Assembly (NCBI GenBank): GCA_963723395.1
Contig: CAVRQL010000021.1
Coordinates: 308,206 to 372,205 of the forward strand
Reading direction: 5' to 3'
Source of the DNA: an uncultured Solirubrobacteraceae bacterium
Lineage (GTDB): Bacteria > Actinomycetota > Thermoleophilia > Solirubrobacterales > Solirubrobacteraceae
DNA length: 64,000 nucleotides
A program made the translations under genes and the position numbers. The notes beneath the pieces were generated by a model that was not told where the DNA came from, ran no database searches, and saw nothing but the letters and a program-made list of their open reading frames with translations. Numbering within the stretch: the stretch's first letter is position 1; every line of letters starts with the position of its first letter. This document shows positions 9,519 to 20,360 of the stretch, in pieces.

Positions 9519-10723
9519 TGAGCCTGGTCGCTCCTGCACGGTCCGACTTCCCCGTCCTCGCGCAGGAGGGCCTGACCTACCTCGACTCGGCCGCCACGGC
9601 GCAGACCGCGCGCCCGGTCATCGAGGCGATGGACGAGTACTACAACGAGTACCGCGCGTCGATCCACCGCGGCGTGTACCCGCTGGCCGCGCGCGCGACC
9701 GACGCCTACGAGGGCGCGCGCGAGCGCGTCGCCTCGTTCGCCGGCTCCACCGCGGGCGAGACCGTGTTCACGCGCAACGCGACCGAGGCCATCAACCTCG
9801 TCGCCTACGCGTGGGGCCGCGCGAACATCCGCGCCGGCGAGCTGGTGCTCGTCACGCAGATGGAGCACCACTCCAACCTCGTGCCGTGGCAGCTGCTGTG
9901 CTCGGAGGTCGGCGCCGAGCTGGCCTACGTGCCGGTCACCGACGACGGGCTGCTCGACCTCGACGCGCTCGACGAGCTGCTGGCCCGCGGCCCGCGGCTG
10001 CTGGCCGTCGCGCACGTCTCCAACGTGCTCGGCACCATCAACCCGATCGCCGACATCGCCGACCGCGCGCACGCCGCCGGGACGATCCTGATGGTCGACG
10101 GCGCGCAGGCCGTGCCGCACCTGCCGGTCGACGTCGGCGCGCTCGGCGCGGACTTCTACGCCTGGACCGGCCACAAGGCCTACGGTCCGACCGGGGTCGG
10201 CGTCCTCCACGGCCGCCGCGAGCTGCTCGAGAGCATGCCGCCGTTCCTCACCGGCGGGCACATGGTCTCCCGCGTCGGCGACTTCGAGACCACGTGGGCG
10301 GAGCCGCCCGCGCGCTTCGAGGCCGGCACGATGCCGGTGGCCGAGGCGATCGGCCTCGGCGCCGCCGTCGACTACCTCGCCGGGCTCGGGATGGAGAACG
10401 TCCGCGAGCACTCCCGCGACGTCGTCGGCTACGCCGTCGAGCGCCTTCGCGAGGTGCCGGGGCTCACGCTCCACGGGCCGTCGCTCGAGCACCGCGGCTC
10501 GCTGTGCTCGTTCGAGTTCGATGGGGTCCACCCGCACGACGTCGCCGAGATCCTCGGCCGCGAGGGCGTGTGCGTCCGCGCCGGCCACCACTGCGCGCAG
10601 CCGCTGATGCGCCGCCTCGGCGTGCCCGCCTCCTCGCGCGCGTCGTTCGCGGTGCACTCCACACGCGAGGAAGTCGACCGGCTGATCGACGGGCTCGGCA
10701 CCGTTCGTAACGTGTTCGCCTGA
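9518..10723 (+). CDS. sufS: Cysteine desulfurase SufS (class V aminotransferase)
   Basis: PLP-lysine region [16 protein letters not shown] and active-site HHCAQPLM. Translationally coupled to sufC and sufU (ATGA overlaps). Confidence 0.9.
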   Translation: MSLVAPARSDFPVLAQEGLTYLDSAATAQTARPVIEAMDEYYNEYRASIHRGVYPLAARATDAYEGARERVASFAGSTAGETVFTRNATEAINLVAYAWGRANIRAGELVLVTQMEHHSNLVPWQLLCSEVGAELAYVPVTDDGLLDLDALDELLARGPRLLAVAHVSNVLGTINPIADIADRAHAAGTILMVDGAQAVPHLPVDVGALGADFYAWTGHKAYGPTGVGVLHGRRELLESMPPFLTGGHMVSRVGDFETTWAEPPARFEAGTMPVAEAIGLGAAVDYLAGLGMENVREHSRDVVGYAVERLREVPGLTLHGPSLEHRGSLCSFEFDGVHPHDVAEILGREGVCVRAGHHCAQPLMRRLGVPASSRASFAVHSTREEVDRLIDGLGTVRNVFA

Positions 10724-11163
10724 TGGACGACCTGTACCGCGAGCAGATCCTCGAGCACTACAAGCAGCCCCATAACTGGGGCGAGCTCGAGAACCCCGAC
10801 CTCGAGTTCGAGGACTTCAACCCGCTGTGCGGCGACGAGCTCAAGGTCCAGCTGCGCGTCGAGGACGACAAGATCGCCGAGGTGCGCTTCTCCGGCCACG
10901 GCTGCGCGATCTCGCAGGCCTCGGCCTCGATGGCCTCCGACGAGGTGATCGGGATGCCGGTCGCCGACCTGCTCCACCTGGACCGCGACTTCGTGCTCGA
11001 CCTGCTCGGCATCGACATCTCGGCCACGCGCATGAAGTGCGCGCTGCTGACGCTCAAGGTGCTCAAGAGCGCCGGCCTCGGCCACGCCGCCGGCTGGGAG
11101 ACCGAAACGCCCGCGAGCGCCGCCGAGTCCAACGGCGGCGCCCCGAGCGCGACGGACCTCTAG
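10723..11163 (+). CDS. sufU: Fe-S assembly sulfur-transfer / scaffold protein SufU (NifU-like N-terminal domain)
   Basis: [28 protein letters not shown] and [14 protein letters not shown] are SufU/IscU family signatures. Confidence 0.9.
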   Translation: MDDLYREQILEHYKQPHNWGELENPDLEFEDFNPLCGDELKVQLRVEDDKIAEVRFSGHGCAISQASASMASDEVIGMPVADLLHLDRDFVLDLLGIDISATRMKCALLTLKVLKSAGLGHAAGWETETPASAAESNGGAPSATDL

Positions 11164-11164
11164 C

Positions 11165-12022
11165 TCAGCGGGAGCGCTTGAAGCGCTCCCACGTCTGGAG
11201 CCCGCCGCGGACCATCGGCCCGGCGGTGGCGGCGCTCAGGCCGTCCTTCTTCTGGGCCCACGCGACGATCTGCTCGCGCATGTCGAAGTTGCCCGGGAAG
11301 GCGATCTCCGTCGCCATGTCGGGGTCCGAGATCGCGACGGCGTGGATGTGCTTGTTGTTCACGTAGGAGCCGGTGTGGCGCCACCAGGCCGCGAAGCCGA
11401 CCCGCTTCATGGCGTTGCGCATCTTCGGCGCCGTGCGGCCGCAGCGGGCGCCGTCGCGGACGCTCAGGTCGAGCGCGCCGCCGCCGGCGTGGGTGGCCGC
11501 GGAGCTGCTGTCCGGCCCGGTGTAGGAGCCCTTGGTCACGTCGAACACGCAGTTCGGCCCGAGGAGCTTCCCGGCCGCCTTGACCATGCGGATCGTCCGC
11601 GTGTCGAGCGTCACGCCGCTGTAGCTGCGGCGCTCACCCGCGCTGACGACGTGGTTCACGCTCAGGCCGAGCCGCTGCAGCGACGTGAGGCCGGGCATCC
11701 CGGACGCGTCGAGGCCGGAGTAGCCGAGGCTGCGCTGCCAGCGCGCGTAGGCGGCCGACGTCTGCCCGCCGAAGTTGCCGTCGACGGCGACCGCGATGTC
11801 GTGGCGGCGCAGCGCGCGCTGGATCCGCTTGACGCTCTTGACGGCGCCCTTCGTGGTCGCGTTGCCGGGCCGGTACTCGTCGAGCTGGGCCGCGATCAGG
11901 ACCCGCTCCATGTTCACCTGCGGCGCCGCGGTGGCCGTACCGGCCCCGACGCCCAGCATCAGGGTCGTCGCCGCGCAGGCGATCAGTGCAGCCGCGGTCC
12001 GCGGCCTCTGGCGAGGGCTCAT
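11165..12022 (-). CDS. Secreted peptidase M15-like (VanY / D,D-carboxypeptidase fold) protein with peptidoglycan-binding domain
   Basis: Signal peptide; PG_binding_1-like segment RIQRALRRHDIAVAVDGNFGGQTSAAYARWQ; M15-type zinc motifs ATHAGGGALDLS (SxHxxGxAxD) and HIHAVAI. Paralogous to 37567..38185. Confidence 0.6.
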   Translation of the reverse strand: MSPRQRPRTAAALIACAATTLMLGVGAGTATAAPQVNMERVLIAAQLDEYRPGNATTKGAVKSVKRIQRALRRHDIAVAVDGNFGGQTSAAYARWQRSLGYSGLDASGMPGLTSLQRLGLSVNHVVSAGERRSYSGVTLDTRTIRMVKAAGKLLGPNCVFDVTKGSYTGPDSSSAATHAGGGALDLSVRDGARCGRTAPKMRNAMKRVGFAAWWRHTGSYVNNKHIHAVAISDPDMATEIAFPGNFDMREQIVAWAQKKDGLSAATAGPMVRGGLQTWERFKRSR

Positions 12023-12156
12023 TCCCCTACCTCCATGTGTGTACGTGGAGGCGGTTGAGTCCCTCTCAACTCCACCGCCGTTGTCGAGGGCTCAGAACAC
12101 GGGGCTCCCGCCGAAAGTCGCGGTGGTCCGCGAGCGGGTGTCCGCGGTCGAACCGG
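12023..12156 (-). promoter_or_regulatory. Structured 5' leader of the M15-like hydrolase gene, with a candidate SD-sequestering hairpin
   Basis: On the coding strand, the hairpin GGUGGAGUUGAGAGGGACUCAACCGCCUCCAC is followed by the Shine-Dalgarno GGAGG and ATG. A CCUCC element can pair either upstream or with the SD. Confidence 0.3.
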
Positions 12157-13305
12157 CTAGCCGGCGGGAACCGGCTCCACGTGCTCGGAGCTCGCGTTCA
12201 CGAAGTCCGAGTGCAGCGCGCGCAGGACGCCGTGCAGGCCCTGCGGCCGCTGGGCGATCGAGCGCTGGCGCGTGGCTCCCGTGCGCGCGGCGAGCGCGAC
12301 GGTGCTGGCCAGCTCATGCGTGCACCCCAGCTCCTCGGCATGCCGCGCGAGGCTCGCGTGGACCGGCGACAGCAGCTCTGCCACCGGCACGCAGCGGTCC
12401 TCGCCGGGCACCACGAACTCCGCGCGCATGCCGTCGCGGGCGGCGAGGAAGCGGTTCTCCTCGAGCACCTCGGGCTGCGAGGGCGGCTGCTCGTCGCCGA
12501 GCGCCTGCTGGCGCACCAGGCACTGCACGAGCGCGGCCAGCGTCGCCGTGTCGCGCACGCGCGTCTGCGCGTCCATGATCCGGATCTCGATCGTGCCGAG
12601 CGCCGGCTGCAGGCGCACGTCCCACCACAGGAACGTCGGCTCGGGGATCGCGTCGCAGCGCAGCAGCACGTCGACGGCCTCGACGTAGTCGTCGTAGGCG
12701 GCGAACCAGCGCGGCGTGCCGGTGCGCGGGAAGACCTGGAAGATCGGGGTGCGCGCGGACGCGAGCCCGCTGTCGCGGCCCTGCCAGAACGGCGAGTTGC
12801 CCGACAGCGCGAGCAGCAGCGGCAGGTGCTCGCGCAGTCCGTTGTAGGCGCGGATCGCGGCGTCCTCGCCGGGCACGGCGACGTGCACGTGCAGCGCGAA
12901 CGTCGGCTCGCGGCGGGCCAGCTCGCGCATCGAGGAGTACAGGAACTGGTAGCGCGCGCCGGGGGAGACCTCCGTGTCCTTCCACGTGGCCAGCGGGTGC
13001 GTGCCCGCGACCGCGCCGGCCAGCCCGAGCTCGCCGAGCGCGTCCGTGAGGCCGTTGCGCAGGCGCGCCAGCTGCGCGACCGCGTCGCCGACCGTGTGGT
13101 GCGGGTCGGTCGCCAGCTCGACGGCGGAGCCGTGCGTCTCGGCGGACGTGTGCGCGACGACCTCCGGCGCAAGCGCGCCGATCGCCTCCTCGGAACGGGA
13201 GGCGGGCATCCAGGTGACGGGGTCGAGGAGCATGACCTCCTCCTCGATGCCGATCGTCCACGGGTCGCTGTCGCGGTTCCAGACCGCCCAGTCGGGCCGC
13301 GTCAT
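12157..13305 (-). CDS. Carboxylate-amine ligase, YbdK / glutamate-cysteine ligase family 2 (GCS2)
   Basis: MTRPDWAVW...TIGIEEEVMLLD...THPLATW...RIMDAQTR are conserved GCS2/YbdK blocks. Confidence 0.85.
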   Translation of the reverse strand: MTRPDWAVWNRDSDPWTIGIEEEVMLLDPVTWMPASRSEEAIGALAPEVVAHTSAETHGSAVELATDPHHTVGDAVAQLARLRNGLTDALGELGLAGAVAGTHPLATWKDTEVSPGARYQFLYSSMRELARREPTFALHVHVAVPGEDAAIRAYNGLREHLPLLLALSGNSPFWQGRDSGLASARTPIFQVFPRTGTPRWFAAYDDYVEAVDVLLRCDAIPEPTFLWWDVRLQPALGTIEIRIMDAQTRVRDTATLAALVQCLVRQQALGDEQPPSQPEVLEENRFLAARDGMRAEFVVPGEDRCVPVAELLSPVHASLARHAEELGCTHELASTVALAARTGATRQRSIAQRPQGLHGVLRALHSDFVNASSEHVEPVPAG

Positions 13306-14684
13306 GGCAGCACCCACGTGTCCTTGGCCCCGCCGTTCTGCGTCGAGTTCACGACCATGGCTCCCTCGTCGAACGCCACGCGGGTCAACCCGCCGGGCAT
13401 AACGGCGGCCTCTCCATCACCGCGCAGGAACACAAAGGGTCGCAGGTCTACGTGGCGTGGCAAGAGCTGATCTCCGATCACCGTCGGGTGCAGGGAGATC
13501 TCGACGCGCGGCTGCGCGACGTACTCGTGCGGGCGCTCCGTGATCGCCCTCCGGACCGCCTCCACGTCCTCCGGCTCGGCGTGCGCGCAGACCACGACGC
13601 CGACCCCGCCGGAGCCGCTGCGCGGCTTGACCACGAGCGTCTCGAGCTCGTCCAGCGCGCGCTCCAGGACGTCCTCGTCGCACAGGTCGAGGGTCTCGAC
13701 GGAGTGCAGCCGCGGCTCCTCGCCGAGGTAGAAGCGGACCATGTCCTCGACGTACGCGTGGGCGAGCTTGTCGTCGGCGACCTTGGTGCCGAACGCGTTC
13801 ACCACCGCCAGCGTCCCCGCGCGCATGGCGGGGAGGAGCAGCGCGCCGATGTCCGTGTCCACGACGTCGGCGTTCGTGCGCCGGTAGACGACGTCGACCG
13901 TGCGCCCGCGGTGCAGCAGGCGGTCGCCGCGCACCTTCAGGTCGCGCGGCTCGGCGAGCGGGACGTCGAGCTCCCTGGCCGCCCACGAGTGCTCGTAGTA
14001 GGCGCTGTTGTCGGGCCCGTCGGTGAGCACGACGACGTACGGGTCGGCGGCGTCGGGGGCGGCCGAGCGCAGCGTGTCGCCGAGCATCCGCGGCATGTCG
14101 TCGAGCGGGCGCGGGCCGACAGCGCCGTCGAGGTCGAGCAGCTCCATCAGCGCGCCGCGCGTGGCCAGCGCGTAGGCGTAGCCGCTCGGGGTGGTGGCGT
14201 TGTCCTCGAGCACCAGCAGCTCCCCGGCGGCGTCGCGCACGAGGTCCAGGCCGGCGACGCCGATCCACAGGTCGCCGGGCGGGCGCACGCCGCGCATGCG
14301 CGTCTCGTAGCCGTCGGAGCCCTCGATCACCCGGGCGGGGACGACGCCCTCGTCGACCGCGCGGCGCGGGCCGTAGACGTCGGCGACGAACGCGTTGAGC
14401 GCCTTGACGCGCTGCACGAGACCCGCCTCGAGCGCCTCCCACTCGGCCGCGCCCAGCACGCGCGCCACCGGGTCGACGTTGAACGAGGTCTCGCCGTTGA
14501 CGGAGCGGAAGCCGACGCCCTGGTCGCCGAGCGCGCTGCAGAGCGTGCTGGTCAGCGTCGCCAGGTCGGCGTTCACGAGCGCGGCGACGCCGGCGCCACC
14601 CTCCGGACGCAGTGTGCCGTCAGGGGCGAACGCTTCGTCGTACGCGTGGCGTACCGGCGAATAGGGGCTGGGGGCCGCCGTCAC
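13302..14684 (-). CDS. Circularly permuted ATP-grasp type 2 protein (putative amide/peptide ligase)
   Basis: 460 aa whose length and conserved blocks (…VVKPRSGSGGVGVVV…, …TPSGYAYALATR…) are typical of the CP-ATP-grasp-2 family. Its start overlaps the stop of the YbdK-like gene (coupled). Confidence 0.7.
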   Translation of the reverse strand: MTAAPSPYSPVRHAYDEAFAPDGTLRPEGGAGVAALVNADLATLTSTLCSALGDQGVGFRSVNGETSFNVDPVARVLGAAEWEALEAGLVQRVKALNAFVADVYGPRRAVDEGVVPARVIEGSDGYETRMRGVRPPGDLWIGVAGLDLVRDAAGELLVLEDNATTPSGYAYALATRGALMELLDLDGAVGPRPLDDMPRMLGDTLRSAAPDAADPYVVVLTDGPDNSAYYEHSWAARELDVPLAEPRDLKVRGDRLLHRGRTVDVVYRRTNADVVDTDIGALLLPAMRAGTLAVVNAFGTKVADDKLAHAYVEDMVRFYLGEEPRLHSVETLDLCDEDVLERALDELETLVVKPRSGSGGVGVVVCAHAEPEDVEAVRRAITERPHEYVAQPRVEISLHPTVIGDQLLPRHVDLRPFVFLRGDGEAAVMPGGLTRVAFDEGAMVVNSTQNGGAKDTWVLP

Positions 14685-14777
14685 GGACCCATACTTCCCG
14701 CGGCACCTAAAAGAAACCTTGGCCTAAAGTCCAAAGCGTTGGCGCGGCTCTACTCCCGCTGGTAGCTTGCGGCTCTC

Positions 14778-15215
14778 ATGAGCACGCCGCCGGAAAGCGG
14801 AGGTTCAGGGGGAGGCTGGGAGCCGCAGGGCTGGCACAGCGAGTGGCAGCAGCCGCAGCAGCCACAGCAGCAGCCGGGGCTCTCCGGCGGCTGGCAGCAG
14901 ACCCCCGACGGGCAGTGGGTGCAGCCCGGGATCGCCGCCACCAACGGCAAGGCGACCGCCGCCCTCGTGCTCGGCATCCTCGGGCTCGTCTTCTGCCCGT
15001 TCATATGCTCGATCGCCGCGCTGGTGCTGGGTTATCAGGCCCGCGGGGAGATCGACTCCTCCGGCGGCAGGCAGGGCGGCCGCAGCAACGCCACGGCGGG
15101 CATCGTGCTCGGCTGGATCGGCATCGGATTGGTGCTCGCCGGCATCGCCCTGCTCGTGCTTCTCGCGGCCGTCTCCACGGGCGGCTCGTCGACCGTCAGC
15201 GGCGCCCCCGCCTAG
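14778..15215 (+). CDS. DUF4190 domain membrane protein with Gln/Pro-rich N-terminus
   Basis: C-terminal TM hairpin ALVLGILGLVFCPFICSIAALVLGY...IVLGWIGIGLVLAGIALLVLL is typical of DUF4190. Confidence 0.7.
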   Translation: MSTPPESGGSGGGWEPQGWHSEWQQPQQPQQQPGLSGGWQQTPDGQWVQPGIAATNGKATAALVLGILGLVFCPFICSIAALVLGYQARGEIDSSGGRQGGRSNATAGIVLGWIGIGLVLAGIALLVLLAAVSTGGSSTVSGAPA

Positions 15216-15557
15216 CCGACGATCGTCGCCCGCTGGGCGAGCGCGTAGACCCACCCGAGCGCCATCGCCACCGCGATCGCGGCGGGTGCCGAAATCCGCA
15301 GCTGAGACGTGTCTCGCCACGTTGACGAGGCCGACCACGACGGCCAGCGCGGCGACCGCCACCCAGACCGCGTTGTAGTCCAGGAAGCCCGCGTCGCCGC
15401 GCACCGCGAGCGCGAACGCGCGGGTCGCGCCGCAGAACGGGCACGGGAGCCCGGTCGCCTCCCGGAACGGGCACGGGAGGCCGGCGCCGTCCTCGCCGAG
15501 CGCCGCCCCCGCCGCGAACGGCAGGCAGCCGGCGGCGAGCAGCCATGCGCCTTGCAT
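15212..15557 (-). CDS. DUF2752 domain membrane protein; apparent frameshift near 15300
   Basis: Motif CPFREATGLPCPFCGATRAF. N- and C-terminal parts lie in different frames. DUF2752 and DUF4190 commonly co-occur. Confidence 0.5.
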
Positions 15558-15567
15558 GCGACGAAGC

Positions 15568-16581
15568 CTAGATCCCCTTGGGGTAGCGGGCGCGCAGCGT
15601 GTCGATCCAGGCCGCGAGCCGCTCGGCGAGCTCCGCGTCGGCGATCTCGAGCACGTTCTCCGCGTTCATCTCGCCCGAGCGCGAGAGGTTGAAGGAGCCG
15701 AGGAACACGACGTCGTCGGCGACGGTGACCTTCGCGTGCATGAAGTCGTGGAGCGAGTCCGGCGTGTACGGGGTGGACGGCTTGCCGCTGAACGCCTCCA
15801 GCGCGTTGACCAGCAGCGGCGCCTTCCACTCCGAGCGCGGGTTGTCCGACCACTGGTGGAAGACCTGGCGCACCTGCGTGGCGTCGCACACGCCCGCGAT
15901 GTCGACCCGGCCCTCCGCGATCACCTCGTTCAACGAGGCGAGGATCGGCCCGGCGGTGACCAGCGGCGTCGCGATCCGCACGCGCCGGCGCGCCGACGCC
16001 GATCCGCTTGGCGATGCGATGGGAGAGCTCGCGTCCGCGCCCGGGCGTGAACCAGACGCCGGGCGCGTCGAAGTTGCCGCTGTGGCCGATCCGGCCCGCG
16101 CTCCCAGATCTGCTCGAAGTTCCGCGCGTAGGCGGCGGCCAGCGCCGCGTCGTCGACCGTGGCCAGGACGTTCTCCTGGCGCGTCCACGAGTCCAGCGTC
16201 CAGTTCGTCGAGCCCGTCCAGACGGCGGCGCCGTCGCGCACGACGTACTTGTGGTGCATGAGATCGCGCCAGCCCGGGCACGGGCTTCAGCTCGGCGCCG
16301 AGGGACTCGAGGACGTGCGGCTCCGTGCTGGGCGGCGGCGGCTCGAACGGGCGCGGATCGGGGCCCGGCGTGTCGTCGTTGAAGGCGAGCCGGACCCGCA
16401 CGCCGCGCGCCATCGCGCCGCGCAGCGCACCGGCCACGGCGTCGCCCACGGGGCCGGGCAGGCGCACGTCGTAGAGTGCGAGGTCGAGGGTCCGGGAAGC
16501 CGCTCCGAGCCAGTCGACGAGCCGCTCGGCGACCGCCTCCGCGGTCTGCGCGCCGTCCTCGAGCGTATGCACCTCGACCAC
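15568..16581 (-). pseudogene. Phospholipase D-like (two HKD motifs) gene with two compensating frameshifts
   Basis: First HKD HHKYVVRDGAAVWTGSTNWT is read only in an alternative frame (15930..16259). Second HKD HAKVTVADDVVFLGSFNLSRSG is in the main frame. N- and C-termini share a frame; the middle is shifted. Confidence 0.6.
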
Positions 16582-16636
16582 GGCGGAGCAGGTACCCGCG
16601 CTCGCTAGACTTCAATACCTACTCAGAAGGTCTGAT

Positions 16637-16955
16637 TTGAGCCCCGTCATCGACATCTGCCGCGCAGAGGAGCTGCCACCGGGCGAGCACAAGCTCGTCG
16701 AGTGGGAGGACCTCGAGATCGGCGTCTTCAACTGCGCAGGCGAGTTCTTCGCGATCGAGGACCGCTGCTCGCACGACGACGGGGAGCTGGTCGACGGCGA
16801 GCTGGACGAGGCGACGCTGCACCGTCGAGTGCCCGCGTCACGGCTCGCGTTTCGACCTGCGCACCGGAAAGCCCCTGACCCTGCCCGCGTACGTGCCCGT
16901 CGACACCTTCCCGGTGTCCGTCGAGGACGGCGTCATCAAGCTGGAGGTCGACTGA
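16637..16955 (+). CDS. Rieske [2Fe-2S] domain protein of the suf operon; +1 frameshift near 16815 (extra C)
   Basis: Box I CSHDDGEL is in frame 1; box II ECPRHGSRFDLRTG is in the next frame after the CACC run. Ends TGA 16953-16955 just before sufB. Confidence 0.7.
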
Positions 16956-16958
16956 CTC

Positions 16959-18395
16959 ATGGCCACTCCCGAGGTGATCGCCGAGCAGCAGGCGCTGGTC
17001 GGCATCAACGCCGACTACAAGGAGAAGTTCGGGTTCAACGACCCGCAGGACAAGTACGCCTTCAAGGCCCCCAAGGGCCTCACGAAGGCGCTCGTCGAGC
17101 AGATCTCCGAGTTCAAGAAGGAGCCGGAGTGGATGCTCGAGTTCCGCCTGAAGGCGCTCGAGCACTTCCTGGCCAAGCCGCAGCCCACCTGGGGCTCGCC
17201 GATGCTGGCCGACGTCGACTACGACGACATCCACTACTTCGTCCGCGCCTCCGAGAAGTCCTCGAAGACCTGGGACGACGTCCCCGAGGACATCAAGAAC
17301 ACCTTCGACAAGCTGGGGATCCCCGAGGCCGAGCGCAAGTTCCTCTCCGGCGTCGGCGCCCAGTACGAGTCCGAGGTCGTCTACCACCAGGTGCGCGAGG
17401 ACCTCGAGAAGCAGGGCGTCGTGTTCATGGACATGGACTCCGGCCTGCGCGAGCACGAGGACATCGTGCGCGAGTACTTCGCGACGATCATCCCGTCCAA
17501 CGACAACAAGCTCGCGGCGCTCAACAGCGCCGTGTGGTCGGGCGGCTCGTTCGTCTACGTGCCGCCGGGCGTGCACGTCGAGATGCCGCTGCAGGCCTAC
17601 TTCCGGATCAACACCGAGAACATGGGCCAGTTCGAGCGGACGCTGATCATCGCCGACGAGGGCTCCTACGTGCACTACGTCGAGGGCTGCACCGCCCCGG
17701 TGTGGACGACGGACTCGCTGCACTCCGCCGTGGTCGAGCTGATCGCCAAGCCGGGCGCGCGGATCCGCTACACGACCGTGCAGAACTGGTCGCAGAACGT
17801 CTACAACCTCGTCACCAAGCGCGCGGTCGCCGAGACCGACGCCACGGTCGAGTGGGTGGACTGCAACCTCGGCTCCAAGCTGACCATGAAGTACCCGTCG
17901 GTCTACCTGACGGGTGAGCGCGCGCACGGCGAGGTGCTCTCGATCGCCTTCGCGGGCGCGGGCCAGCACCAGGACGCCGGCGCGAAGATCTTCCACGTCG
18001 CGCCGAACACGACGTCGAACATCTTCGCCAAGTCGATCTCCAAGGACGGCGGGCGCTCCTCCTACCGCGGGCTGCTCGAGGTCGCCAAGGGCGCCCACGG
18101 CTCACGTTCGAAGGTGGTCTGCGACGCGCTGCTGCTCGACGAGAAGTCGCGCTCGGACACCTACCCGACGATCCGCATCGGCGAGGACGACGTGGACGTC
18201 GGCCACGAGGCCTCCGTCTCCAAGATCGGCGAGGAGCAGCTCTTCTACCTGATGAGCCGCGGCATCCCCGAGGACGAGGCCGGCAAGCTGATCGTCAACG
18301 GCTTCATCGAGCCGATCGTCAAGGAGCTCCCGATGGAGTACGCGGTCGAGATGAACCGCCTCATCGAGCTCCAGATGGAGGGCTCAATTGGCTGA
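16959..18395 (+). CDS. sufB: Fe-S cluster assembly protein SufB
   Basis: Intact 478 aa with the SufB core (…[13 protein letters not shown]…, …[26 protein letters not shown]…). Confidence 0.95.
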   Translation: MATPEVIAEQQALVGINADYKEKFGFNDPQDKYAFKAPKGLTKALVEQISEFKKEPEWMLEFRLKALEHFLAKPQPTWGSPMLADVDYDDIHYFVRASEKSSKTWDDVPEDIKNTFDKLGIPEAERKFLSGVGAQYESEVVYHQVREDLEKQGVVFMDMDSGLREHEDIVREYFATIIPSNDNKLAALNSAVWSGGSFVYVPPGVHVEMPLQAYFRINTENMGQFERTLIIADEGSYVHYVEGCTAPVWTTDSLHSAVVELIAKPGARIRYTTVQNWSQNVYNLVTKRAVAETDATVEWVDCNLGSKLTMKYPSVYLTGERAHGEVLSIAFAGAGQHQDAGAKIFHVAPNTTSNIFAKSISKDGGRSSYRGLLEVAKGAHGSRSKVVCDALLLDEKSRSDTYPTIRIGEDDVDVGHEASVSKIGEEQLFYLMSRGIPEDEAGKLIVNGFIEPIVKELPMEYAVEMNRLIELQMEGSIG

Positions 18396-19664
18396 CATGC
18401 AGACCTCTGTCCGCGAGCCGCAGTGGCTCGCGGAGCGGCGTACGCGTGCCTCGGAGCTGGCGGCGTCGCTCGACCTCCCGCGCCACAAGGGCACCGCGGG
18501 CTGGGAGTTCACCAGCCTCGGCGACTTCTCGCTGGACGCGTTCGCCGCCACCGCGCCGGGCGATGGCGACGCGAGCGCCACCGAGCGCGTGCAGACGCTG
18601 CTCGAGGCGCCCGAGGGCGCCATCACGCTCGGCCAGGTCGACGGCCGCGTGCTGGAGACGCCCGGACGCCGTCGAGGACGGCCCGGTCGTGCTGCCGCTG
18701 ACGCTCGCCGTCGAGCGCCATCCCGAGCTGGTCGAGCCGTACCTCGGCACGATCGTGCCCGGGCGACCGCGACCTGTTCACGGCCGCCAACGACGCGTCG
18801 TGGACCGGCGGCGCCTTCGTCTACGTCCCGCGCGGCGTCAAGGTCGACGCCCCGATCCTGCTGACCGCCATCACCGACGCCGCCGGCACGGCGCTCAACC
18901 GCCGCACGCTGATCGTGCTCGACGAGGGCGCCGAGGCCGAGGTGTGGGAGCAGTTCCTGTCCGGCTCCGAGGACGGCGAGTCGCTGCTCAACACGGTCGT
19001 CGAGCTCGTGGTCGGCCAGAACGCCAAGCTGCGCTACGTCTGCGGCCAGGACATGAACGAGAAGTCGTGGATCTTCGGCACCCAGCGCGCCGAGGTGGCG
19101 CGCGACGGGCAGCTGGACTGGGCCGCGGTCGCGTTCGGCTCCGCCAAGGGCAAGGTCCGCATGGACACGCTGCTGGCCGGCGAGGGCGCGCACGCCAAGG
19201 TCACCGGCGCCTACGCGCCGCACGCGCGCCAGCACCTGGACTTCGACACGACGCAGGAGCACGGCGCCGCCAACACGACGTCGGACCTCGCGTTCCGCGG
19301 CATCCTCTCCGACCGCTCGACGGCGGTCTGGCGGGGCATGATCAAGGTCGACCCGGGCGCCCAGCAGACCGACGCGTTCCAGGAGTGCCGCAACCTGCTG
19401 CTCTCCAAGCGCGCGCACGCCGACGCCATCCCGGGCCTGGAGATCCTCGCCAACGACGTGCGCTGCACGCACGCGGCGGCGATCGCCCAGATCGACCCGG
19501 ACCAGCTCTTCTACCTGCGCTCGCGCGGGCTCTCGGAGGGCGCCGGCAAGCGGCTGGTGATCGAGGGCTTCATGGCCGAGCTGGTGCAGCGCTTCGAGGA
19601 GGGCCCGATCCGGGACGCCCTCGGCGGCGCGATCGAACGTCGTATGACGCAGGTTCTCGGGTAG
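18388..19664 (+). CDS. sufD: Fe-S cluster assembly protein SufD; two apparent frameshifts (about 18665 and about 18780)
   Basis: Three successive frames carry SufD-like sequence: [18 protein letters not shown]..., ...[22 protein letters not shown]..., then ...[14 protein letters not shown]...[40 protein letters not shown]... The start overlaps sufB. Confidence 0.8.
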
Positions 19665-19674
19665 CCCTCTGGGC

Positions 19675-20046
19675 ATGCCCACCGAACCGGAGATCGTCAC
19701 ACTCGCCCAGATCGTGAACCGCGCCGTCGAGATCGTCGATCCCGACGGCGCCGACGAGGACCTCGTCGACTTCCAGCAGCGCTTCGAGGACTTCGACGAG
19801 CCCGCCAGCGCCCTCACGGAGTCGATCGAGGGCCGGATGGCCGAGGCGACCGGCGTGCTACGACCCGCAGGAGGAGTCCGCGCCCGTGCAGGTGACCGGC
19901 GCCGTCGTCGTCTACCTCACGCACCGCCGCGACGAGGTCGAGCACAAGCCCGAGGACATCCTGCGGATGACCGCCCGCGCGGAGTTCGACGGCCATCCGC
20001 CGCCGGTCGTGGCCGACTGGCACGACCAGAACGGCATCGACTACTA
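19675..20046 (+). CDS. Hypothetical protein at the distal end of the suf cluster (frameshift near 19860)
   Basis: Coding-like N-terminus MPTEPEIVTLAQIVNRAVEIVDPDG... continues in the next frame as ...VVVYLTHRRDEVEHKPEDILRMTA...ADWHDQNGIDY*. No family assigned. Confidence 0.4.
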
Positions 20047-20115
20047 GTCCAGGCGCGGTTTGGGCCTGCCCGTTTCCCGGCATACGCGGGGAAACGAAGC
20101 AAGGAGGCTGCAGAA

Positions 20116-20346
20116 ATGGCTGACGTCGGTCCTCCGATCGGCCTGATGGCGATCGGCCTGGTGCTCTGGCTCGCGGTGACCGCCAGCATCGCCGGGATCT
20201 CGATCCAGACGATCGGGCTGATCCTGTTCGTCGTAGGGGTGGCCTGGCTCGTGATCGAGCTCGCCACCAGCGGCCGCCGCCGCACGGTGGCCACGCGCGA
20301 GCGGGTGGTCGAGCGCCCCGTCGTGCGCGAGCGCGAAGTCCTCTAA
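20116..20346 (+). CDS. Small two-TM membrane protein (paralogue of 61020..61283)
   Basis: AAGGAGG Shine-Dalgarno. LAVTASIAGISIQTIGLILFVVGVAWLVIELATSGRRRTVATRERVV resembles the reverse-strand protein LEITTIGLILMVVGVIGLLISLF...RRGTTERTVV. Confidence 0.6.
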   Translation: MADVGPPIGLMAIGLVLWLAVTASIAGISIQTIGLILFVVGVAWLVIELATSGRRRTVATRERVVERPVVREREVL

Positions 20347-20360
20347 CGCGGGGGTCACGA

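Noticed and set aside
14685-14777. Possible tRNA or small RNA in intergenic gaps (14685-14777, 38938-39033, 43246-43291)
   Set aside because: No cloverleaf-compatible arms or conserved T-loop/anticodon features were visible by eye. None were reported.
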